Assembly (NCBI GenBank): GCA_041946805.1
Contig: JBHGBC010000067.1
Span: 1-29,076, forward strand
Length of the DNA: 29,076 nt
Direction: 5' to 3'
Origin: a bacterium
Lineage (GTDB): Bacteria > Hinthialibacterota > Hinthialibacteria > Hinthialibacterales > Hinthialibacteraceae
Shown: positions 17,415 through 24,632 of the stretch, piece after piece
Layout of the letters: each line of letters opens with the position of its first letter
How positions within the stretch are numbered: the first letter of the stretch is position 1
Notes under the pieces: model-generated
Seen by the model: only the letters and a program-made list of their open reading frames with translations
Told to the model about the DNA's origin: nothing
Database searches by the model: none
Made by a program: the position numbers and the translations under genes

Positions 17415-19495
17415 CGCGGTGCGTCCTCGTCATGGCGGCTTTCCTGGGCTTCGTTCGCCCCGCGGGAACCGCGGCGTTGTATCAATTGGACGACCTGGAG
17501 GCTGTGGCCCTCGGCGCCGATCCGGAGCTCGAAAGCGCCTATCACACCCTGGGGGCTCTGATCGCCGAAGCCGACGGCGTGGATTTACGGTACTACCCGT
17601 TCCTCACGCTGCGGTATTCGCATTATCCCGGATTCGGCAGCATCGAGGGGGATGAGATCGGAACGAATCACTGGTTCTCGGCGCGGCTGCGCTGGGATCT
17701 TCTGGATTGGTTCCAGGTCAAGCCCGAGCAGGAAAAGGTCCGCCGGGCGGGGGTGGAAGATCAACGGATCAAGATTCAAATGCTGGAAGCCAAGGTCCTC
17801 CTGGAGTGCCGGACCCGGTATCTTGATCTCCTTGCGCAGAAAATCCAACGGGACTCGTATGCCCGGCAGAACGCTCTCCAGGAGGAAATTCTCCAGGTCT
17901 TGCAGGAACGGGCCCGGCTGAAGCGCGCCCTGCCCGTGGATGTCCTCCTGGTGGAAAAGGAGATCCAGGTTTCCCGCCAATATGCCCGGATGTACCGCGA
18001 GCATTTCGAAAAGAACCGGCGCTTGTTCGCGCAAGTCCTGGGCCTGGCCGAGGAAGACATCGACTGGGAACGGATCGCGTACACCCAGGAAGAACTCCCC
18101 GAGGCTCCGTTGATGGAAGCCGCCCGGGAACGATCACTGGACCGCCGGCGGCTCGATCAGCAGCTGCGGCGCGTCGAGTCGCAGGAACGGGCTGCGATGT
18201 ACGAGAACTTGGACATCGAACCGTTCGCCGGCTACCGCTACACCGAAAGCGACTACTCGGGCGCGCAAAGCGGCCTGGAAGCCGGTATCCAGGTGAACAT
18301 TCCCCTCTCCATTTTCCAGCGGGACGGCCTCCGGGACCGGATCGTCGCGGCGCAACGGAACGCCGTGGCCAAACAAGAGGAAGCGTTGGACTGGGACCTC
18401 CAGAGAACGGTCCGCGATCTGTACCGGAGTTATGAGGAGACCGGGATTCAAATCCTGGATTACGATCTCGAACTCCAAATCCTGCAGGAGAAGATCCAAA
18501 TCGAGCAGACCATCGCCGATCTCTCCGGCGCCGCGCCCGGAGTCAATCTCGAGATCCTGCGGTTGCAGGTGCAGGCTGAGGATACGCGCATGCGCCGGCA
18601 GCTCGAGGAATACGATCAATGGAAGGATTACTTCCGGCTGCTGAACCTGGCGGGCGCGCAGGACGCTTACGATATTTACGCCCGGGAGGCCGCCCGCGAG
18701 TATCCCCCGCTGGCTCTCTGGGTCTGGAGCCAGGGCGATTGGTTCCGCGCCATCGAGTCCGTCCCCCTTTTCAAACGGAATTGCGCGCGGCGGAACGTGA
18801 AACAGGTCTTTTTGTCTCTCAGCCAGGCCAGCCTGAAGGAAGAAGCGTTCCGCCGCTGGCTGCCCTACCTGGTGAAGGAACTGCACACGGCCGGAATCCA
18901 GGTGTCGGCCCTGATCAGCGAACACTCCTGGATCGATCCGGACAAGCGGCCGGTCTTGCTCCAGCATGTCCGGAATATCCTCGATTGGCAAAACACTTTT
19001 TCCAACCGGGAACGGCTGGATGGGATCCATCTGGATCTCGAACCGCAGGCGTTGCCTCAATGGCAGGACGATCCTCGATCCCTGCTTTCCCGGTTGGTGG
19101 ACACGGTGGCCGAAGTCCGCCGGGTGATCCAGGATTATCCTTCCGCCCCGCGGCTGGAATGTGATGTCATCCCGGCCTACGCGGAAATCGATTCCAACGC
19201 GCTGTACACCCTCATCCGCCACGCCGGGGCGATTCATATCATGACCTACGGGATTCTCAATGCCGAGCTCCTCGCCGGACGGACGCGGGAGATCGTGGCC
19301 CGGGTCCGGAACGATCCCGCCAAGCAGGTCACCATTGGGCTCAACGCGAAGGATTTCAAAAGCCATGAGAAATTCGTGAAGATGCTCTGGGAGGTGGACA
19401 AGCTATACCGGACCGCGGAAACCGGTCCGGCCGTTCCGGTTGTCTCCGTCCATGATTATTCCGGTTTCCTGGAACTCGAAGGTACCCGACGGTGA
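17408..19495 (+). CDS. TolC-like outer membrane efflux protein fused to a C-terminal GH18-like barrel
   Basis: ATG 17408 overlapping GT2 stop; signal peptide; two OEP-like helix/strand repeats (ARLRWDLLD, GIQVNIPLSIF); from 18710 LALWVWS…LDGIHLDLEPQ…HIMTY…SVHDY. Confidence 0.75.
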   Translation: MVARCVLVMAAFLGFVRPAGTAALYQLDDLEAVALGADPELESAYHTLGALIAEADGVDLRYYPFLTLRYSHYPGFGSIEGDEIGTNHWFSARLRWDLLDWFQVKPEQEKVRRAGVEDQRIKIQMLEAKVLLECRTRYLDLLAQKIQRDSYARQNALQEEILQVLQERARLKRALPVDVLLVEKEIQVSRQYARMYREHFEKNRRLFAQVLGLAEEDIDWERIAYTQEELPEAPLMEAARERSLDRRRLDQQLRRVESQERAAMYENLDIEPFAGYRYTESDYSGAQSGLEAGIQVNIPLSIFQRDGLRDRIVAAQRNAVAKQEEALDWDLQRTVRDLYRSYEETGIQILDYDLELQILQEKIQIEQTIADLSGAAPGVNLEILRLQVQAEDTRMRRQLEEYDQWKDYFRLLNLAGAQDAYDIYAREAAREYPPLALWVWSQGDWFRAIESVPLFKRNCARRNVKQVFLSLSQASLKEEAFRRWLPYLVKELHTAGIQVSALISEHSWIDPDKRPVLLQHVRNILDWQNTFSNRERLDGIHLDLEPQALPQWQDDPRSLLSRLVDTVAEVRRVIQDYPSAPRLECDVIPAYAEIDSNALYTLIRHAGAIHIMTYGILNAELLAGRTREIVARVRNDPAKQVTIGLNAKDFKSHEKFVKMLWEVDKLYRTAETGPAVPVVSVHDYSGFLELEGTRR

Positions 19496-20622
19496 AAATC
19501 AAATCGCTTCGCAAGCGGAATCTCACGATTTTCAAGACGGATCCCAGCGGCCAAATCCGCCGGATATCGATCGGCAAGGCGGTTTTTTTCGTGGTGTTGT
19601 TCTACATCGTCTTCGCCGTGAGCCAGTGGGTATATTTGTCCACCTGCTATGTAACCGGCATGGGATACGTGGAAGCGGAGTCGGTGTTTGTGCAGACGCT
19701 GCTGGTCTCCCGGATCGCGGACATTGACTGCCAGGTGCTGGATCCGGTCGCCAAGGGGCAAGCCCTGGTTTATCTGAATAACGCGCGGATCGAGGCCGAA
19801 ATCGACACGCAGAAGCATGAGATTGAATACAAACGCCTGGGTTCCGATGTCAAAAACCAGGAAGACGCGATCGCCTACCAGCAAAAACTGATCGATTTGG
19901 AAAACAATGCCAAAAAACTGGCGCAGCGGCTGAAAAACGCCCGTGCGGAAGAATCCCACTACCAAGGCGAATACGACCGGGCCATGAAAATGGTGCAAAG
20001 CAGTGTCGCCACGCTGGATGACGCGGAAAAGATCAACGAAAAATTGTTGGCGGCCCGCCGGAACGCTTCCGCCCTCGCCGCCGAATACGAACTCGAAAGG
20101 CGCCGCGTCCAGGATTACAAAAACAGCCAGGGCACGGTGCCTGAACTCCCTGAAACCGATGTAACGTTGCAACTGTATCAGAATTATTGGCGCAGTTTGT
20201 TGAACGAATCCATCCTCTACGCGCCCATGGACGGTGTCGTGGCCGAGATCTTCAAGCACGACGGCGAAGTGGTTAAAGTCGGGGAATCCGTCCTGAAAAT
20301 CTATGACTTGAACAAGAAATGCGTGCGCACCCAGTTCGACGGCAAGGACCGACTCCTGATCCAGGAAGGCGTGATCGTCAGCGTCGAGTTTGAAAGCCGC
20401 CGGAAGGCCGGCGGCATCATCCGCCAGGTCTTCCCCTCCGCGCACCCCATGCGGGACGAATACCGGAAAACCTATGTCCCGCCGGAAAATTTCGTCCTCG
20501 CGGACATTCAGATTTTAAGTGAAGATATCCAGCCCGAAATCATCAATACCAAGGCTTCCGTCTATTTGAAAAAGCCCAACTTCATCAACCGGTTGATCGA
20601 TTCCTGGATTCTGGGCGTCTAG
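19492..20622 (+). CDS. HlyD-family membrane fusion/periplasmic adaptor protein
   Basis: GTGA overlap with upstream stop; single TM; lipoyl halves (VAKGQALV, LYAPMDGVV…GEVVKVGESVL) around a long coiled coil. Confidence 0.85.
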   Translation: MKIKSLRKRNLTIFKTDPSGQIRRISIGKAVFFVVLFYIVFAVSQWVYLSTCYVTGMGYVEAESVFVQTLLVSRIADIDCQVLDPVAKGQALVYLNNARIEAEIDTQKHEIEYKRLGSDVKNQEDAIAYQQKLIDLENNAKKLAQRLKNARAEESHYQGEYDRAMKMVQSSVATLDDAEKINEKLLAARRNASALAAEYELERRRVQDYKNSQGTVPELPETDVTLQLYQNYWRSLLNESILYAPMDGVVAEIFKHDGEVVKVGESVLKIYDLNKKCVRTQFDGKDRLLIQEGVIVSVEFESRRKAGGIIRQVFPSAHPMRDEYRKTYVPPENFVLADIQILSEDIQPEIINTKASVYLKKPNFINRLIDSWILGV

Positions 20623-20758
20623 CATCGAATCCCGCGGATCCCGGAGGAAGCCGCTTCGCTGGCCCCGGCAACCCATGGTCCTCTCTTTTTGAGGGAGGCG
20701 GCCGGCGGGCCGCTCCCAACCGGGTGGTTTTTCAAAGTTTAATGACCGGATGGTCCGC

Positions 20759-21880
20759 TTAGGCTCCGGTCTGTGGCTGGAGCGGCCTGATCCGCTCGAG
20801 CAGCCAGGCGTCGAACTGCTCCTGGCGGTGCATGGTCCAGGCGGCGTGGATGACATGGGACCGCGCGGCGAGTTCGGACAACCGGGATTCGTGGGGGATC
20901 AGGCGGATCGCGTCTTTCTCGGTGAACAGCACCGGGTGTTGCCGTGATTTCAGGGCGAAGATCCGGATATCATTGTCCGCGAACCAATAGTGATCCGGAT
21001 AACGCAGGTGTTCCTGTACACGCAGCCCCAGCGCGCGGGCCTGTTTTTCCAGACGCTCCGGCGATCCGATTCCCGAAACCAGGATGACCGGCGTTCCGGT
21101 GAAATGTTTGACCGGGATCCCGGGCGTGCCCCGCTGTTTCATCCAGGTTTCGAGGGGAATCAGGTCGATCCATTCCAAGGTCCCGGAGAAGACCGGGCAA
21201 TACTCGGGAAGAGGGAGCCTTTTCGCGGGGGACGAAGGCGCGCCGAGAAAAACCACGGCGTCCGCGCGGCTCAAGGCCGGCAGCGGTTCCCGTAACGGGC
21301 CATACGGCAGGCAATGCCCGTTGCCCTCGGGCCTCTCGGCGTCGAGCAGAACGAAATCGAGGTCGCGTTGGACCTGGAGATGTTGAAAACCGTCGTCCAG
21401 CAGCACGATGTCGCATTCCCGCTTGGCGGTGAGGGTGTGGATGAGCGCGCCCCGGTCCGCCCCAATGCCGATGGGCGTTGGCGTGTACCGGCTAAGCAGC
21501 GCGGGTTCGTCTCCATACGCGGTGATTGAATGAGGATGGAGCGAACCGGAGCGAAGGATGAGTGGCGAGGAGGTTTGGCGGCCGTATCCCCGTAAAACGA
21601 TGGCCGGGTGGAATCCGTTGTATTGCAGCCAGTCGGCCAGATACAGTGTGAAGGGTGTTTTCCCCACTCCCCCCACGGTCAGGTTGCCCACGGAGATCAC
21701 CGGAACCGGGAACCGCCTTCTCCGAAAGTAATCCTTCTCGTAGAGCGCGCGGCGCAGGCGGGCGGCGCGGCCATACAGCCATGCGAGCGGGAGCAAAACC
21801 GGCGCCAGGCCGCGGAGCGGACCGCGGTGGTGATAGGCCAGATCGTGCCACGCGTGCGGGAGGGTGTTCCCCCGGTTCAT
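20759..21880 (-). CDS. lpxK: Tetraacyldisaccharide 4'-kinase
   Basis: PVISVGNLTVGGVGKTP, RGYG, GDEP, LLDDGFQH, LPYGPLREP, YPDHY, TEKD. Confidence 0.96.
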   Translation of the reverse strand: MNRGNTLPHAWHDLAYHHRGPLRGLAPVLLPLAWLYGRAARLRRALYEKDYFRRRRFPVPVISVGNLTVGGVGKTPFTLYLADWLQYNGFHPAIVLRGYGRQTSSPLILRSGSLHPHSITAYGDEPALLSRYTPTPIGIGADRGALIHTLTAKRECDIVLLDDGFQHLQVQRDLDFVLLDAERPEGNGHCLPYGPLREPLPALSRADAVVFLGAPSSPAKRLPLPEYCPVFSGTLEWIDLIPLETWMKQRGTPGIPVKHFTGTPVILVSGIGSPERLEKQARALGLRVQEHLRYPDHYWFADNDIRIFALKSRQHPVLFTEKDAIRLIPHESRLSELAARSHVIHAAWTMHRQEQFDAWLLERIRPLQPQTGA

Positions 21881-23211
21881 GCGCTTCGGTCATCCTCCAG
21901 GACAGGTTGGATCCATTGTACTATGGTTCGCAGCGCGCCTTGATTTTTTTCCACGGCCTCCCGGGCGCGTGTTCCCATGCGTTGTCCCAGGGCGGGATCC
22001 AGACATAGCCGGCGGATTGCTTCGCGCAATTCCGTTTCGTTCGCGACCTGGAGGGCGGCTTCTTCCCGCACCAACAGGGCGGCGGCGTCCCGGAAATTCT
22101 GCATGTTTGTCCCGAAAATCACCGGCTTGCCCCAGGCGGAAGGCTCGATGGGATTCTGCCCTCCGCGCACCCACATGGATTTGCCGATGAAGACCAGGTC
22201 GGCGGCGGCGTACACGTGGCGCAACTCGCCGATGGTGTCCAGCAGGATCACCGTGTTGGATTTCATGCCCGGGGTGGTTGCATCGAGTGTGGAACGGCGC
22301 GCGAGAGGGGCGTGGAAAGCCTTCAACTCGTCCAGGATGGCGTTCACCCGTTCCACGTGCCGGGGGGCGATCACAAGGCGCAGGGGATGCCCTTCCGCCC
22401 GCACGACTTGAAGGACGCGGAGCAGCAGGACTTCCTCCCCCGGGAAGGTGGAGCCGGCCACGAGGAGGATTTCCGCTTCGGAGACCTGAAACAGCCGGCG
22501 CCATTTCTCACGCTCGGCGGGATCGTCCGGAATGACGGCGGCGTCGAACTTCAAGTTCCCCGCGGGGATCACCCGCCCGGCGGGCGCGCCGATCCGCCGA
22601 AACCGGTCCGCGTCGGCTTCGCTCTGGGCGAGAATATGGTGAAACAGGCCCAGGAGGGGAGAGAAGAGCGGCGCCAGTTTCCGCAAACGCCGGAACGATT
22701 GATCGGAAAGGCGGGCATTGATCAAAAACAAGGGGATATCCAGTCCGGCGGCGGCGCGGAGAAAGTTGGGCCATAGTTCGGTCTCCAAAATCATCACGCA
22801 AGCCGGCCGTGTCCATGCCAATACCCGCCGGCACAGCGGGTACAGATCGATGGGCAGATAGAGCGAGAGATCCGCTTCGTTCAGAGTGCGGGCGAGTTCC
22901 TGGCCGGTGGAAGTCACCGTGCTGACCAGAATCTGGAAGGCGGGGAAATGTTTTTTAAGTTCCACTAACAACGGACGCGCGGCCTGTAGCTCACCCACGG
23001 AGACGGTGTGAATCCAGATGTAGGGCCCTTGCCGGAGGCGCTGCCATTTTTCCGGCGAGTAAAAAGTCAACCGTTCGCGCAGCCCTGCCCGGTATTTTGG
23101 AGTGGCCAGCATCCGGAACAAGTAATAGGGGGCGGCCAGGGCCAGACCCGCGTACCCCAGCAGGCCCCAACATTTCAAATGGAATCGTTCGAGAGAATGG
23201 TGCGCGTTCAT
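21877..23211 (-). CDS. waaA: Kdo transferase
   Basis: IWIHTVSVGE, ETELWPN, NARLS, GNLKFD, AGST, IAPRHVER, DTIGEL, GGQNPIEP; ATGA overlap with lpxK. Confidence 0.96.
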   Translation of the reverse strand: MNAHHSLERFHLKCWGLLGYAGLALAAPYYLFRMLATPKYRAGLRERLTFYSPEKWQRLRQGPYIWIHTVSVGELQAARPLLVELKKHFPAFQILVSTVTSTGQELARTLNEADLSLYLPIDLYPLCRRVLAWTRPACVMILETELWPNFLRAAAGLDIPLFLINARLSDQSFRRLRKLAPLFSPLLGLFHHILAQSEADADRFRRIGAPAGRVIPAGNLKFDAAVIPDDPAEREKWRRLFQVSEAEILLVAGSTFPGEEVLLLRVLQVVRAEGHPLRLVIAPRHVERVNAILDELKAFHAPLARRSTLDATTPGMKSNTVILLDTIGELRHVYAAADLVFIGKSMWVRGGQNPIEPSAWGKPVIFGTNMQNFRDAAALLVREEAALQVANETELREAIRRLCLDPALGQRMGTRAREAVEKNQGALRTIVQWIQPVLEDDRSA

Positions 23212-24548
23212 TCGGTTGCCGTGTCGATTCCGGCCAGGACCTGCGGCGACGGCCGGGGCAGCCGGGCCATCGCTTCATCCACCAGGGGAACGTAATAGAG
23301 GTCGAGTATCCGGTTCCAATCGTAATGATCGAGCGCCCGTTCGCGTCCAGCCTGGCCCAGGCGGGCGCGCAAGGCCGGGTCCTGGATGAGCCGGCGCAGG
23401 GCCTCGGCCAGGGCTTGGGGATCGCCCGGTTCGACCAAGATGCCGGTTTTCTCATGTTCCACGGTTTGCTGCAATCCTCCGATCCGGCTGGCCACCACCG
23501 GCAGGCCGGAGGCCATGGCTTCGGGGGCGGTGATCCCGAACGGTTCGATCCAGGTGGAAGGAACCGCCACGATGTCCATCTGCTGATACAACCGGGGCAA
23601 CTCGTCTTGATCCACCCAGCCCTGGTTGATCAGCCACGGCCGCGGGGAAGGGCAATCCAGGGCGGCGGTGTAATGGACTTCAAAGGAGAGATCCTCCCGC
23701 GCGAACCGGTCACACGCCTCGATCAACACTGACAAGCCCTTGAGGGGATCGTTGGCGCGGCCGGAGAGGAAGATTCTCACCGGCCGGTCCTCCCGCGGCC
23801 GGGGCGGAACGGGAGTGTAGCGTTCGCTGTCCACTCCCGAGGGGATGACGCGGATGTTCTTCACGTACGGGGCGAGCCGGTTGCGCATGAAGGGATTGTA
23901 CACGATCGCCCCCTGCAGCCGGGCAAGATTGCCTAATAATTTTTGGCGGTACGACTCGCTGAAGGCTCCGCTGAACAGGTACTCCTGGGAAAAATGCAGC
24001 ACCGGATGCTTTTCCTTGAATCCCAGCCCGATCTGCAAGGCGCGGACCAGGGCGGGCGCGCGGCGGAACCAGCAACGGTGGCATTCGCAGGGGTTTTCAA
24101 AATAGCCCTGGTTGCATATTCGGTTTTCGTGATAGCGGTAATAATGCAGGTTGACGCAGAGCAGCTCGTATGAATAAAACCGCAGGAAGCACCGTTCCGG
24201 ACCAAAGGCGGTCAGGAGATGGTTCTTCATGAAATACCCGTCCATCAAGAAGATCAGATCGGGCTTGTATTGCTCCACCGCGTGGCGGATGCGCTTCATC
24301 ACCGTGGAAAAATTGAACGAGAACCGGTTGAAGGGTATGCACACGGTGTGAAAAGGAAGATTCCCCTCCACATGGCCGCGGGGATAGTAGGTTTGAAAGT
24401 CGGGGGTGAACAGGCACACGGAGGCTCCCCGGTCCTGCAAACCCTGGATCACATGGTACGCGTCGATCCAGCATCCGCCCACCGGCGGCCAGTTGAAGGT
24501 CAGATCGACAAACGCGATACGTGGCGATATGGCGGTGCGCATTTTCAT
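23208..24548 (-). CDS. GT4 glycosyltransferase with Cys-rich insert
   Basis: IPSGVD, KG, PSTWIEPFGITAPEAMASGLPVVASRIGGL GT-B motif; ATGA overlap with waaA. Confidence 0.9.
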   Translation of the reverse strand: MKMRTAISPRIAFVDLTFNWPPVGGCWIDAYHVIQGLQDRGASVCLFTPDFQTYYPRGHVEGNLPFHTVCIPFNRFSFNFSTVMKRIRHAVEQYKPDLIFLMDGYFMKNHLLTAFGPERCFLRFYSYELLCVNLHYYRYHENRICNQGYFENPCECHRCWFRRAPALVRALQIGLGFKEKHPVLHFSQEYLFSGAFSESYRQKLLGNLARLQGAIVYNPFMRNRLAPYVKNIRVIPSGVDSERYTPVPPRPREDRPVRIFLSGRANDPLKGLSVLIEACDRFAREDLSFEVHYTAALDCPSPRPWLINQGWVDQDELPRLYQQMDIVAVPSTWIEPFGITAPEAMASGLPVVASRIGGLQQTVEHEKTGILVEPGDPQALAEALRRLIQDPALRARLGQAGRERALDHYDWNRILDLYYVPLVDEAMARLPRPSPQVLAGIDTATE

Positions 24549-24632
24549 AAGTCAATTATGGTACGCAAGGACGCCGATATCCTCCAGTGGCGCGAAGGGA
24601 ATTTCCCTTGTGAACAATCAGGACGTCTGGCG

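Noticed and set aside
20690..20735. Terminator between the convergent HlyD gene and lpxK
   Set aside because: A GC hairpin exists (GCGGCC/GGCCGC) but the U-tract is not adjacent on either strand; too weak to call.
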